Origin: Chiloscyllium plagiosum
Taxonomy: Eukaryota
DNA length: 64,000 bases
Assembly: GCF_004010195.1 (NCBI RefSeq)
Contig: NC_057718.1
Coordinates: 70,291,382 to 70,355,381 of the forward strand
Direction: 5' to 3'
The notes beneath the pieces were generated by a model. That model did not search any database. It worked only from the letters and a program-made list of their open reading frames with translations, and was not told the DNA's origin. The stretch's first letter is position 1, and the number at the start of each line of letters is the position of its first letter. Shown here piece by piece: positions 1 through 14,094 of this stretch. A program made the translations under genes and the position numbers.

Positions 1-40
1 CTCCCTCCCGTGTACAATCTCACTATCTCCCTCTCTATAC

Positions 41-3000
41 AGGAAGGGAAAAGGATGAGATTCTGATGGGAGAATATAGAAAGGTAGGCAGGAATTTAAA
101 AAGGAGGTCGTCAAGGGTAGTAATATCTGGATTACTCCCAGTGCTACGAGCTAGTGAGGGTAGGAATAGGAGGATAGAGCAGATGAATGCGTGACTGAGG
201 AGCTGGTGCAGGGGAGAAGGGTTCACAGTTTCGGATCATTGGAATCTCTCTTCTGGGGTGGAAGTGACATGTACAGGAAGGACGAATTGTACCTGAATTG
301 GAAGGCGACTCAAAATCTGGCAGGGAGGTTTGCTAGAGCTGCTCGAAGGATTTAAACTAGTAAGGTGGAGGGGTGGGACCCAGTTGAGAGCGAGTCAAAC
401 AGTCAGGGCAGGCAGAAACAAAGCAGAGAACAAGGTAGGACTGATAAACTAAACTGCATTTACTTCAATGCAAGAGGTCTAACAGGGAAGGCAGGCGAAC
501 TCAGAGCATGATTAGGAACATGGGACTGGGATATCATAGCAATTACAAAAACATGGCTCAGGGATGGACAGGACTGGCGGCTTAAATGTTCCAGGGCACA
601 AATGCTATAGGAAAGATAGAAAGGGGGTCAAGAGAAGAGGGAGAGTAGCATTTTGATAGCATTACTGCTGTACGTAGGATATCCCTAGGAATACCTCCGG
701 GAAAGTAATTTGGCTAGAACTGAGAAATAAGAAAGGGATGATCACCTTATTGAGATTGTATTTTAGATCCCATAATAGTCAATGGGAAATTGAGAAACAA
801 ATTTGTAAGGAGATTTCAGTTATCGCAAGAATAATAGGGTGGTTATGGTAGGGGATTTTAACTTTTCAAATATAGACTGAGACTGTTATATTGTTAAGGG
901 TTTAGATTAGATTCCCTACAGTATGGAAACAGGCCCTTTGGCCCAACAAGTCCACACCAACCCTCCAAAGAGTAACCCACCCAGACTCATTCCCCATATT
1001 TACCCCTGACTAATGCACCTAACACTATTCACCTGACCTGCACATCTTTGGATTGTGGGAGGAAACCGGAGCAAACCCACACAGACACGGGGAGAATGTG
1101 CAAACTCCACACGGTCACCCCAGGCGAAAATTGAACCCGAGTCCCTGGTGCTGTGAGGCAGCAGTCCAAACCACTGAGCCACCGTGCTGCCCCAGATGGA
1201 GAGGAATTTGTGAATTATGTAAAAGAAATTTACTAATTCTGTGTATGTACCTACTAGAGAAAGGGCAAAACTGGTGCAACTGGACCTATTTTTGGGAATT
1301 AAGGCAGGGCAGGTGACTGAGGTATCAGCGGGGTAACATTTTGGGGCCAATGACCGTGATTCTGTTAGTTTTAAGATAGTGATGGAAAAAGAGAAACCAG
1401 ATCTAAAATTGTAGGAAGGCTAATTTTGACATTATAGACAGGTATAGACAGGAGAGATTGAGTGAATCCTTAGAGTATAAAGGCAGTAGGAGTGTATTTA
1501 AATGGGAAATCAGGAGGGTGCAAAGGGGACATGAGATAGCTTTGACAAATAGGGTTATGGTGAATCCAAAGGATTTTTATAAATGCATTAAGGGCAAAAG
1601 GGTAACTACGGAGAGAATAGAGCCCCTCAAAGATCAGCAAGGTAGCCCAAGTATGAAGCTATAGGAGATGTTGGTGTTAATAAATGAGTATTTTGCATCA
1701 ATGTTTACTGTGGAAAAGGACATGGAAGATATAGGATGTGGAGAAATAGCTGGTCACATCTTGAAAGATGTCCATATTACGGAGGAGGTAGTACTGGATG
1801 TCTTGAAATGCATAAAAGTGGATAAATCCCCAGGACCTGATCAGGTATACCCTAGAACTCTGTGAGAAGCTAGAAAAGTGATTGCTGGGCCTCTTGCTGA
1901 GATATTTATATCATCGATAGTCACAGGTGAGATGCTGAAAGACTGGAAGTTGGCTAATGTGGTACCACTATTTAAGGAAGGTGGTAAGGAAAAGCCAAGG
2001 AACTATAGACCAGTGGGCAAATTGTTGGAGGGAATCAGAGGGACAGGATTTACATGTATTTGGAAAGGAAAGGACTGACTAGGGATAGTCAATATAGCTT
2101 TGTGTGTGGGAAATCATGTCTCAAGGGGCAACTTTTATGCAGTGTGGTACGTGTATGGAATAAGCTGTCAGAGGAAGAGGTGGAGTTAAGTACAATTGCA
2201 ATACTTAAAAGGCATATGAATAGGAAGGGTTTGGAGGGATATGGGCCTTGTACTGTCAGGTGGGACTAGATTAGGTTGGGATATCTGATCAGCGTGGGTG
2301 AGTTGGACTGAAGGGTCTATTTCCGTGCTGTACATTGCTGTACATTGCTATATGACTCTATGAACTTGATTGAGTTTTTTGAAGAAGTAATGAAGAGGAT
2401 TGATGAGGGCAGAGTGGTAGGCGTGATCTATCCAGACTTCAGTAAGGCATTTGACAAGGTTCCTCATAGGATACTGGTTGGCAAGGTTAGATCTCATGGA
2501 ATACAGGGAGATCTAGCCATTTGGATATAGAACTGGCTCAAAGGTAGAAGACAAAAGGTAGTGGTGGAGGGTTGCTTTTTAGACTGAAGGCCTGTCACCA
2601 GTGGTGTGCCAAAGGTGCTGGGTCCACTACTTTTCTTCATTTATGTAAATGATTTGGATGTGAACACAGGAAGTATAGTTAGTAAGTTTGCAGATGACAC
2701 CAGAATTGGAGGTGTAGTAGACAGCGAAGAATGTTCCAACGGGATCTTGATCAGATGGGTAAGCGGGCTGAGGAGTGGCAGATGGAGTGTAATTTAGATA
2801 AATGTGAGATGCTGCATTTTGGAAAAGCAGGATTTATACGCTTTAATGGTAACGTCCTGGGGAGTGTTGCTGAACAAAGAGACCTTGGACTGCAAGTTCA
2901 TAGTTCCTTGAAAGTATAGTCACAAATAGATAGGATAACGATGAAATAATTTAGTCTGCTTTCCTTTATTGGTCAGAGCATTGAGTATAGGGGGGTCATG

Positions 3001-3300
3001 TGGTGGCCATACAGACATTGGTTAGGCCACTTTTGGAATATTGTGTGTAGTTCTAGTTTCCTTCCTTTTGGAAGGATGTTGTGAAATTTGAAACGTTCAG
3101 AAAAGAGTTACAAGATTATTGCCAGAGTTGGAGGATTTGAGCTATTGTGAGAGTCTAAATAGGCTGGGGCTATTTTCCCTGGAGCGTCATTGGCTATGGG
3201 GTGCCCTTGTAAAGATTTATAAAATCATGAGGGGCATGGATAGGATAAATAGACAAGGTCTTTCCCTAGGGTTGGGGAGTTCAGAACTAGAGGGCATAGG
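41..3300 (+). mobile_element. Decayed CR1 (HER1-like) LINE: ORF1 esterase tail, APE endonuclease, RT; interrupted by a SINE and a nested CR1 3' fragment (~2125-2362)
   Basis: Fragments KSPGPD, DWKLANVVPLFK, DFSKAFDKVPH and SKFADDT, with many stops and frameshifts. Confidence 0.92.
903..1192 (-). mobile_element. HE1-type tRNA-derived V-SINE
   Basis: Reverse complement shows the tRNA-like head, the central V-domain GGGTTT(C/G)CTCCGG and an AATCT tail. Confidence 0.9.
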
Positions 3301-3304
3301 TTTA

Positions 3305-3510
3305 TATACAGAGTGACTCACAGACTGGAATCTAATTGAGAGGATTGGGGTGCTTTTTATATAGAGTAATAGAAACCCAGGAGTGAGTTACAGACTGAAA
3401 TTAATCCAAGTGGTCAGGTTGGTTTATACACAGAATACCAGAAACCCGGGAGTGAGTTATAAACTGGACTCGAATTGAGGGGAGTGGCCGACTTATTTAC
3501 AGAGCAATAG
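3305..3510 (+). repeat. ~70-bp satellite-like tandem repeat, ~3 diverged units
   Basis: gagtgagttacagactggaatctaat motif recurs, with cores at 3323, 3393 and 3462. Confidence 0.8.
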
Positions 3511-4384
3511 GATATGAATGGGGGAAAAAGTACCCATCATGGACCAACTCAACTCAACAATGAGCTGAACTGTGCTCTTGGGTCCTGGTTTCCCCACTAG
3601 TGGAAAGATCTTCAACTGCTGTGTATAGAGGTTTTCATGTGTTCTGAAAGATGGGAGAGAAGCAGGCAGACACCCTTCCAGTGAACAACAATCAGGAAGG
3701 GGCAGAAGCAGATTAAGATTTCCAAATGGTATCAGATCAGGACAGTCTTAGATTTAAACATTGACTCAGCAGAGATAGCTTGGAAAGGAAATTGGAGTGA
3801 GGACAAATCACAAGAAATTAACCTGTTTGTTCCACCAACATTTAGGAGGATAAATGATGTGTTCCCAAATTTACCAGAATTTGAGTGGGATAGTGAGGAA
3901 AAGGCATCAGATTATTATGAGTCTGCACTGAAAAATTCTAATTGATGTTTGATCAGTTTCCTTTTGCTGAGAACAATTCCAAAACTTGTATAACCTTTTA
4001 AGTGTTGAACTCATAAACAACATATTTTAGTGACTCCTCACTTGCCTACTTTGAACACCATCCCCCTCTGCTTTCCCCATTCACTGAAGATATGCATACC
4101 CTTTGATCATGTAACTACCATACTGGTTACAATGCTGCCTATCTCGCACTGTCTCCATATGATATAGGAGCAGAGTTAGGCCATTTGACCCATCAAACCT
4201 GCTCCACCATTTGGTCATGCCTAATATAGGTTTCTCAACCTCCTTTTCATGCCTTCTCCATGTACCCCTTGATGTCCTTTCTGATTAAAATCTGTTTTGA
4301 ATACACTCAAATGACTTGGCTGAGAGACTTGGCAATAAGTTCCACGGATTACCCACCCGCTGGTTGAAGAAATTCCTCCTCACC

Positions 4385-5120
4385 TGAACAAAGAGACCTT
4401 GAGGTGCAGTTCACAGTTACCTGAAGCGCGAATCACAGGTAGATAGGGTAGTTAAGGTGGCATTTAATATGCTTTCCATTATTGGTCAGTGCAATCGAGT
4501 TTAGGAGTTGGGTGGTCATGTTGCAGCCATACTGGACATTGGTTAAGTCACTTTTGAAATACTGCATTCAATTCTGTTCTCTCTGCTGTAGGAAGGATGT
4601 TGTGAAACTTGAAAGGGTTCAGAAAAGATTTACAAGGATTTTGCCAAGGTTGGAGGGTTTGAGTTATTCCAAGTGGTTTTATTAGGCTGGGGCTATTTTC
4701 TCTGGAGTAGAGTTTGAGGGATGACCTTATAGAGGTTCAAAATCATGAAGGGTCTATTTCCGTGCTATACAAGTCCATGATTCTATGAGCAGCATAGATA
4801 GGGTGAATAGCCAAGGTCTTTTTCCAAGAGGTTGAAAGAAAACCAGATGGCATAGGTTCAATGAGAGAGAGGAAAGACTTAAACAGGACCCAAAGGGCAA
4901 CTTTTTCACGTGTTGTATGGAATGACCTACCAGAGGAAGTGGTGGAGGCTGGGACAATTACAACACTTAAAAAGCATCTGGGTGAGTACATGAATAGGAA
5001 CATGAATGGTTTAGAAGGCCATATGCTGGCAAAATGGGATTTGATTAATTTAAAGTATCTGGTCCACAGGGATGAGTTGGACCAAAGGGTCTGTTTCTTT
5101 ACTGCACAACTCTATGACAC
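4385..5120 (+). mobile_element. CR1 3' fragment
   Basis: KDVVKLERVQKRFTRILP and VWNDLPEEVVEAGT, plus a CR1 3' UTR. Confidence 0.85.
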
Positions 5121-5799
5121 TCTCTTAGTGCAAAAGGGTTGTCCCTGCACTGATGCTATGCGCTTGGGTCCTGGTCTCCCCACTAGTGGAAAGATCTTCT
5201 TCATGTCCACTCTACCCAGGGCCCTCAGTATCTAGTAAGTTTCAATGAGATCCTCTCTCATCTTTCTAAACTCCATTGAATACACACCCAGTGTCCTCAG
5301 TTGCTCCTCATATGATAAGCCTTTCATCCCTGGGATCATTCTGGTAAATCTTGCCTGGAACTCCTCCAATGCCAACACATCCATCCTTTAATACAAGACC
5401 CAAACTGCTCTCAATATTCCAAATACGGCCTGACTGGAGTCTTATACAGCCTCAGCAGTATATCTGTGCTTGTATTCTAGCCCTCTTGAATTTAATGCTA
5501 ACACTCATTTGCTTTTCTTTTCATCACAATTTATAAATTTGAGAAATTTTGGAACTTTGAATGAAGTTATTAAGGAGCCAAGATATGTGACTTTTGAGAG
5601 TTGTTTTCTTAAACCAAATCCTGTTCAAAAATGACCCACTTCAATAGTAAGTGAATGCACAATTTTGAAATATTTTCACTCCCCAAGACTTATTGCAATG
5701 GCTCACCAGTTAGCATTCCTTTTTGTTAAATCAGCACTCTCTTCAACCACAGCTTTCTTTGTTCCCGCTTCCAGTTTTATATTCAACCGTTTAGTTCAT

Positions 5800-6315
5800 A
5801 CTGAGTTAGAGACTGGAATTTCATTGACGGTCTCAGTGAGTTTATGTCTTTCATAAGAGAAAATGAGGTCTGCAGATCCTGGAGATCAGAGATGGAAATG
5901 TGTTGCTGGAGAAATAATCTTCAGGAAGAAGAAGGGCTAATGCCCGAAACGTCGATTCTCCTGTTCCCTAGATGCTGCCTGACCTGCTGCGCTTCTCCAG
6001 CAACACATTTTCATCTATGTCTTTCATAACACAACGGAGAATGGGTTTTAGTCTGAAATCTAATTGAATGATTTGGAGTGGTTGAAACATGGAATAATAG
6101 AAACCCAGGAGGGAGTTACTGACTGGAATCTAATCGAGCGGTTCGAGGTGATTTATGTTTGGAATAACAAATAAATGGAATTTAGTTACAGATTGGCATT
6201 TTATAGAGAGGTTCAGGGTGTTTATTTATAGAAGAACAGGTCCTCATGAATGAGGTACAGACTGGAATGTAATTGAGGGGATTGGGGTGCTTTATATATA
6301 GAATAACTGATAACT
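5800..6315 (+). repeat. ~70-bp satellite-like tandem repeat, ~5 units, interrupted by a Penelope-derived insertion
   Basis: Motif cores at ~5811, 6051, 6121, 6191 and 6260. Same unit as 3305-3510. Confidence 0.8.
5857..6015. mobile_element. Short partly palindromic Penelope-terminus-derived element with 14-bp TSD
   Basis: TATGTCTTTCATAA at 5843-5856 and 6016-6029. Inverted arms gaaatgtgttgctgga / tccagcaacacattttc. Degenerate hammerhead gaagggctaatgcccgaaacgtc. Confidence 0.8.
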
Positions 6316-6429
6316 CTCAGTATTCTCTCTCCTGCACAATCTCAGTTTTTCTCTCTATCTCTCTCTGCTGTAAAATCTCACAATTTCTCTCTCCCTCCCA
6401 TGTACAATCTCACCACCCCCTTCTCTACA

Positions 6430-9400
6430 CAGGAAGGAAAAATGATGTGATTCTGAAGGGAGATTATAGAAAGTTAATCAGGAATTTAAAAAGGAGGTCG
6501 TCAAGGGTAGTAATATCTGGATTACTCCTAGTGCTACGAGCTAGTGAAGGTAGGAATAGGAGGATAGAGCAGATGAATGCATGGCTGAGGAGCTGGTGCA
6601 GGGAAGAAGGGTTCACAGTTTTGGATCATTGGAATCTCTCTTCTTGGGTAGAAGTGACCTGTACAGAAGGACAGATTGCACTTGAATTGGAAGGTTGCTT
6701 GACCTACTGTTGGATAACAAGTAACCTTCCAATTGGCAGGGAGATTTGCTCGAGCTGCTCGGGAGGATTTAAACGAGTAACGTGCAGAGGATCAGGGGGA
6801 CCTGGGAAAATAGTGAGGAAAGAGATCAATAGTTGGGAAAGAAATGAGTCAAACAGTCAGGGCAGGCAGGAACAAAGAGAATGGGGTGAGACTGATAAAT
6901 TGCATTTATTTCAATGCAAAGGCCAAACCGGAAAGGCAGACAAAATTGGCATGGTTAGCAACATGGGACCGGGATATCATAGCAAATACAGAAATATGGC
7001 TCTGGAATGGACAGGACTGGCAGCTTAAATGTTTCAGGATACAAATGCTATAACAAGGATAGAAAGGGGGGGGGGGGTGTAAGGGAGGAGGGGGAGTGGC
7101 ATTTTTAATAAGGAATAGCATTGCTGCTGTACTTGAGGATGTTCTTGGGACTACATCTAGGGAAGTAATTTGGCTGGAACTGAGAAATAAGAAAGGGATG
7201 ATCACCTTATTGGGATTGTATTTTAGACTCCTAATAGTCAACGGGAAATTGAGAAACAAATTTGGAAGGAGATTTCAGTTATAGAGGAGGATTTTAAATT
7301 TCCAAACATAGACTGGGACTGACATACTGTTAAGGGTTTAGATGGAGAGGAATTTGTTAAGTGTGTACAATGAAATGTTTTGATTCAGTATGTGGATGTA
7401 CCTACTAGATAAGATGCAAACCTTGACCTACTGTTGAGGAATAAGGCAGGGCAAGTGTCTGGAGGAGCACTTTGCGGCCAGCAACCATAATTCTATTAAT
7501 TTTAAAATAGTGATGGAAAAGGTTAGACTGGATCTAAAAGTTGAAGTTTAGCGGTATTAGGCAAGAATTTTCAAAAGTTGACTGGGGGGAGATGTTCGCA
7601 GGTAAAGGGACGGCTGGTAAATGGGAAGCCTTCAAAAATTAGATAACGAGAGTCCAGAGACAGTGTATTCATGTTAGGGTGAAAGGAAAGGCTAGGAGAA
7701 AGTGAGGACTGCAGATGCTGGAGATCAGAGCTTAAAAATGTGTTCCTGGAAAAGCGCAGCAGATCAGGCAGTATCAAAGGAACAGGAGAATCAACGTTTC
7801 TGGCATAAGCCCTTCCTGAAGGACAAAAGGGAAACTATGGAAAGAATACGGCCCCTCAAAGATGAGAAAAGCAGCCTATGGGTGGAGCCACAGGAAATGG
7901 CAGAGATACTAAAACGAGTATTTTGCATCAGTGTTTACTGTGGAAAAGGACATGAAAGATATAGAATGTGGGGAAATAGATGGTGATATCTTGAAAAATG
8001 TTCATATTACACAGGAGGTAGTGCTGGATATCTTGAAAAAAGTGGATAAATCTCCAAGACCTAATCAGGTATATCCTAGAACTCTGGGGGAAGCTAGGGA
8101 AGTGATTGCTGGGCCCCTTGCTGAGATATTTGTATCATGGGTAGCCACAGGTGAGGTGCAGGAAGATTGGAAGTTGTCTAACCTAGTGCCACAATTTAAG
8201 AAAGGTAGTAAGGACAAGCCAGGGGACCTGTGGGACTGACATCGGTGGTGGGCAAATTGTCGGAGAGAATCCTGAAGGACAGGATTTACATGTATTTGGT
8301 AAGGCAAGGACTGGTTAGGGATAGTCAACATGGCTTTGTGCATGGGAAATCATGTCTCACTAACTTAATTGAGTTTTTATTTGAAGATGTCACAGAGGAT
8401 TGATGAGGCCAGAGTGGTAGATGTGATCTATCCAGACTTCAGTAAGGCATTTGACAAGGTTCCTCACGAGAGATTGGTTAGCAAGGTAAGATCTCGTGAA
8501 ATACAGGGAGATCTAGCCATTTGGATACAGAACTGGCTCGAAGGTAGAAGTCAGGTAGTGGTGGATGGTTGCCTTTCAGTCTGGCACCAGTGGTGTGCCA
8601 CAAGGATTGTCTTCTACTTTTCGTCATTTACTTAAATTATTTGGATGTGAACATAAAAGGTATAGTTAGTAAGTTTGCAGATGACACCAAAATTGGAAGT
8701 ATAGTGGACAGCATAGAAGATTACCTCAGAGTACAATGGGATCTTGATCAGATTGACCATTTGGCTGAGGAGTGACAGAAGGAGCTTAATTTAGATAAAT
8801 GCGAGGTGCTGCATTCTGGAAAAGCAAATCAGAGCAGGACTTATACACTCTAATGGTAAGGTCCTAGGGGGTATTGCTGAACCCTGGAGTGCAGGTTGAA
8901 AGTAGACTTGCAGGTAGATAGGATATTGAAGAAGGTGTTTTTTATTAGATTAGATTAGATTCCCGACAGTGAGGAAATAGGCCCTTTGACCTAACCAGTC
9001 CACACCGACCCTCCGAAGAGTAACCCACCCAGACCCATTTCCCTCTGATGAATGCACCCAACACTATGACTCCACACAAATAGTCGCCTAAGGTCGGAAT
9101 TGAACCTGGGACCCTGGTGCTGTGAGGCTAACCACTGAGCCACCGTGCTGTCCCGTGCTTTCCTTTATTGGGCAGAGCATTGAGGATAGGAGTTGGGAGG
9201 TCATGTTCTGGTCATACAGGACTTTGGTGAGGCCACTTTTGGAATATTGTATGCAATTTTGGCCTCCTTCATATCAGAAGGGTGTTGTGAAACTTGAACA
9301 GGTTCAGAAGAGATTTACAAGGATATTGCCAGGATTGGAGGATTTGAGCTATCGCGAGAGGCTGAATAGGCTAGGGCTGTTTTCCCTGGAGCTGAGGGGT

Positions 9401-9770
9401 GACCTTTATAGAGGTTTATAAAATCATAAGGAGTATGAATAGGATAAATAGACAAGATCTTTTTCCTGGGGTGGGGGAGTCCAGAACTAGAGGGCATAGG
9501 TTTAGGGTGAGAGGAGAAAGATATAAAAGGGACCTAAGGGGCAATGTTTTCATGCAGAGGGTGGTGCGTGTATGGAATGAGCTACCAGAGGATGTGGTGG
9601 AGGCTGGTGACAATTATAGCATTTAAAAGGCATTTGGATAGGCATATAAATGGGAAGAGTTTAGAGGGATATGGGCCAAGTGCTGGCAAATGGGACTAGA
9701 TTAGGTTAGAATATTTGATCGGTATAATCAAAAGTCTGTTTCCATGCTGTACATCTCTATGACTCTATGC
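6430..9770 (+). mobile_element. Decayed CR1 LINE (ORF1 esterase tail to 3' UTR) with nested Penelope end (~7695-7820) and SINE (~8945-9155)
   Basis: RVVISGLL..NAWLRSWC..G(F)..DHW esterase segment, CIYFNA endonuclease start, DFSKAFDKVPH, FADDTK and a gactctatg tail. Confidence 0.92.
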
Positions 9771-9799
9771 TGAGGTCATTGTATTATTAATAGTTAAGT

Positions 9800-10109
9800 A
9801 GATTAGATTACGTACAGTATGGAAACAGGCCTTTCGGCCCAACAAGTCCACACCGCCCCGCCGAAGCGCAACCCACCCATACCCCTACATTTACCCCTTA
9901 CCTAACACTATGGGCAATTTAGCATGGCCAATTCACCTGACCTGCACATCTTTGGGCTGTGGGAGGAAACCGGAGCACCCGGAGGAAACCCACACAGACA
10001 CGAGGAGAACTTGCAAACTCCACACAGTCAGTCGCCTGAAGCGGGAATTGAACCCGGGTCTCTGGTGCTGTGAGGCAGCAATGCTAACCACTGTGCCACC
10101 GTGCTGCCC
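9800..10109 (-). mobile_element. HE1-type SINE, near full length
   Basis: High similarity to the other SINE copies in the window. Confidence 0.92.
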
Positions 10110-10354
10110 ACAGTGTTTAAGATCTTTTGTTTAAGATCCAAACCCAATGTTTAGAATCGGTTATTCAGAGTCTGGGATTGGATTTTCAAAACTTCTGTTA
10201 ATGGGCCCCTTGGATTCTATTTTGATGGTCTTTTAAGGTTTTAATTTTACTGTGTTGTAAATGGAGGTGGGAAAGCTGATTTGATTAAGCTGACTGATCC
10301 ATACTACAACAATGGCAAGTAACATTGCCTGACACTTGTGTGGTGCAAATGACC

Positions 10355-12550
10355 AAGAGGATGAGATAGGGTGGACAATGAAAGTCGTTTTCCTAGGATG
10401 GTGACGTCAGCTTGTACGAAGGGGCATAACTACAAATTGAGGGGTGATAGATTTAAGACAGATGTCAGAGGCAGGTTCTTTACGCAGAGAGTGGTGAGGG
10501 GGTGGAATGTCCTACCTGCTAATGTAGTCAACTCAGCCACATTAGGGAGATTTAAACAATCCTTAGATAAGCACATGGATGATTTTGGGATAGTGTAGGG
10601 AGACGAACTGAGAATAGTTCACAGGTCGGCGCAACATCGAGGGCCGAAGGGCCTTTTCTGCACTGTATTGTCCTATGTTCTAAGCGACAATCTAACTGTC
10701 ACTGCTTGACATTTAATAGTATCACCATCACTGAACACCCCTTCCTCCCTCCCTATTCCCCACTGTCAACATCTTGGGGGTTACCATTGAACAGAAACTG
10801 AATTGGACTAGTCATAAATGGCCCCAAGAAGGAAGGAAATTGTGCTTGGAGGCAGAGAATGTAGAAGAGATCCTAAATGTGTACTCTACTTCTGTGTTCA
10901 CCCATGAGAAGGATTTGGAGATTTGTGTGGCACATGGTAGGGCATTTTGAGATCAAGAAAGAAGTGGCGTTGGATCTCTTGAAAAGCATTAAGGTGGATA
11001 TGACCCCTCCCCCCCCGGTATCTATCCCTGATTATTGAGAGAGGCAAGAGAGAAGATTGAGGCCTTACCCAAGATCTTTGTAACGTCATTGGCCACTGGA
11101 GAGGGACCAAAGAACCAGTGAGTAGCTAATGGTGTTTCTGTGATCAGGAAGGAAAATGGGGATAATGCAGGAACCATAGACCAGTGGAGTCTCACATTGT
11201 TGGCTGGGAAGGTATTGGAGAGAATTCTTTAGGATAGGATTTATTCGCATTTGGAAAAGCATGGCCTAATTGGGGTCACTGAGCATGGCTTTGTACAGGG
11301 TATGTCATATCTTACTTACTTGATGGAATTTTTTGAGGAGTTGACAAAGGTGATCAATAAGGGTAAAGCACTAGATGTTGTCTACATGGATTTTACTATG
11401 GCTTTTGACAAGGTCCCTCATGGTAGGCGCATCCAGAAGGTTAAGCTACATGGGATCCACAGTGACCTGGCCACATAGATTCAGAATTGGCTTGCCCATA
11501 GAGGGCAGAAGATAGGGGTAGAGAGTGTTTTTCAGGCTGAAGACCCATGACAAGTGGTGTTCTGCGGGGATCTGTACTGGGAGCTCTGCTGTTTGTGATG
11601 TGTATAAATGATTTGGATGAAAATGTAGATGACTGGGTTAGTACATTTGCAGACAATACAAAGATCAGTGGAATCATGGATAGCCTAGATTGTCTAGGGA
11701 TGCAGTGGGATAAAAATCAGTTGCAAAAATGGGTGGAGAAATGCCAAATGGAGTTTAGTCTGGGTAAGTGTAAGATGCTACACTTTGAGAAATTAAATGT
11801 TAAGGAAAAGTATATGGTAAATGGCAAGACCCTGAACATCATTGATGTACAGGGGGATCTTGGGTTCAAGTCCATAGGTCCCTGAAAGTGGCCATGCAAA
11901 TGAGTAGAGTGGTGAAGAAAGCATCTCGCATGCTTGTCATTATTGGTTGGGGAATTGAGTAGAAGTGTCAGGATATCATGTTGCAGTTTTATAAGACTTT
12001 GATTTTGCTACACTTTGCGTATTGTGTTCAATTCTGGTTGCCAAATTGCAGGAAGGATGTGGAGACTTGAGAGGGTGGAGAAGAGATTTACCAGGATGCT
12101 GCCTGGATTAGAGGGTATGAGCTATTAGGAAAGGCTAGAAAAATGCAGGTTGTTTCCTCTGCAATGGCAGCAGTTGAGGGGAACTTGATAGAAGTCTATA
12201 ATATTGAGATGCACACATAGGATTACCAGTCAGAATCTTTTTCCGAGGATTGAAATGCCTAATACTAGGGGGTATGCATTTAAGGTGAGAGGGGTAAATC
12301 CAAAGGAGGTGTGAGGTGCATGTTTTGTAAGCAGCATGTGGTTAGGAATCTGAAAATTGCTACCAGAGGTGGTGGTGGGCACAGATATGTTAGGGGCATT
12401 TAAGGGACTTTTAAATAGGCACATGAATATGCAAGGAATGGAGGGATATGAACCAAGGGCAGGCAGAAGATATTAATTTAATTTGCCATCCTGTTCGATA
12501 CAATATTGTGGGCCTAAAGGCCTGTTCCTGTGCTGTACAGTTCCATTTTC
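10355..12550 (+). mobile_element. Two CR1 fragments of other subfamilies (~10355-10682, ~10820-12550); the second splits a family-2 LINE fragment (~10690-10815 and ~12550-12850)
   Basis: FFTQRVVRGWNVLP, YMDFTMAFDKVPH, GSVLGALLF and FADNTK. Confidence 0.82.
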
Positions 12551-12934
12551 TACAAGAGCAGGTCAGACGTTAGGAATCCTGAAGCAAGCAACTCCCCTCC
12601 TGACTCCCAAAGCCTGTCCACCATTTACAAGTCAGGAGTGTAATGGAATACTTCCGACTGAAGAAGCTTGACACCATTAGGACAAGACAGTCCATTTACT
12701 TGGCAGTACATCCTCAAATATCCACTCCTTTCATCACTGACTCTGTAGCAGCAGTGTGTACTATTTATAAGGTGCGCTGTAGAAACTCACCAAGGCTTAT
12801 TAAACTGCAGCTTCAAAGCCCATGACCACTTCCATCTGGCTGAGGGACTAAATTGGGCAGAGAGACTTTGGTGTAAATGTGCATAAGTCAGGACAGAGAG
12901 AGAGTAATTCATAAAGCCTACAATATTCAGGGCT

Positions 12935-13190
12935 TTATCATCCAGACCCCACCGTGTCTCTGTAACCCTGTAACCCCTGGACAATATGGACAATGTGGCA
13001 TGACCAATCCATGTAACCTGCTCATCTTTGGACTGTGGGAGGAAATCAGACCACCTGGAGGAAACCCAAGCAGACATGGGGAAAATCTACAAACTCCACA
13101 GATAGTCGACTGAGGATGGAATCAAAATCAAACCTAGATCCCTGGTGCTATGAGATAGCAATGCTAATCACTGAGGCACCATGCCACCCT
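12935..13190 (-). mobile_element. Diverged HE1/V-SINE
   Basis: V-domain segment ggactgtgggaggaaa...caaactccacag. Confidence 0.75.
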
Positions 13191-14094
13191 ACATTTTGCA
13201 TCTTTATATATGTCAATTAGATCTTCTCGTAATAAAAGCAAATTGAGCTTTGTCAAAGGGTCAGTTAGACTCGAAATGTCAACTGTTTTCTCTCCTTACA
13301 GATGCTGCCAGACCTGCTGAGATTTTCCAGCCTTTTCTCTTTTGGTTTCAGATCTTCTCTCATTCTTTAACTTGAGGGTGTAGCTTCATTTATGAAGTTA
13401 GATTGGAGAAATTGGGGCTGTCCATTTTTGATGAGCAGATTAAGAGGATACTCCTATGTATAATACATGTTGAGAGTTTGGAATGCACTGCCAGGAAGTG
13501 TGGTGGAGGTTCAAATGGGCATGAGTTTTGTTTTATTTAAATAATATGTTGGGTCAAGGCGAGAAGGCATTGAGTCATAACACTCATTGAGAGACCCATT
13601 GTAGACCTGATGGATGCCTGGCCCCCACTTCTACAACATAGCAATTATGTGAATTTTTTTAATATGTGGAATTCATAAATTCATATGTGGAATTTTCCTG
13701 GCTCGGCCACAATTTATTGGCCATCCCTAATTGCCTCATGAGAAGGTGTTGGTAAGCTGCTTTTTTGAAATGCTTCAGTTCATTTGGTGTAGGTACACTA
13801 CAATCAGTGTTGACAAACTGGACTACATGACCTGTTACAAACATAGAATATATAGCATTGAATGTTTTAATTGAATGAGTAGAGTCTGTTATAGGATGGA
13901 CATAGAATGAATGAAGAAAAGCACTATCTAAAGTTGCCAGTATGTAACAGAATAAAAAGTTGCCATCATCAATTGAGAAATTACAAAGTGTATTGAAGTA
14001 AGTTTTCAAAAATGAGTTTTTTATAGGAAAAATGGTTCTGGATTAGTGGTGCTGGAAGAGCACAGCAGTTCAGGCAGCATCCCAGGTGCAGTAT

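Noticed and set aside
3640..4020. Purine-rich non-repeat-looking stretch as a possible exon
   Set aside because: Stops interrupt the frame I translated, the ORF track lists no ORF here, and there is no recognisable motif or splice pair; left unassigned.
3305..6315. 70-bp periodic repeats as a CRISPR-like array
   Set aside because: The whole unit is repeated with divergence; there are no unique spacers or cas genes, and the context is a vertebrate intron.
6273..7028. 251-aa ORF as a host gene
   Set aside because: Chance read-through of satellite, CT-rich leader and a frameshifted CR1 ORF1 esterase fragment.
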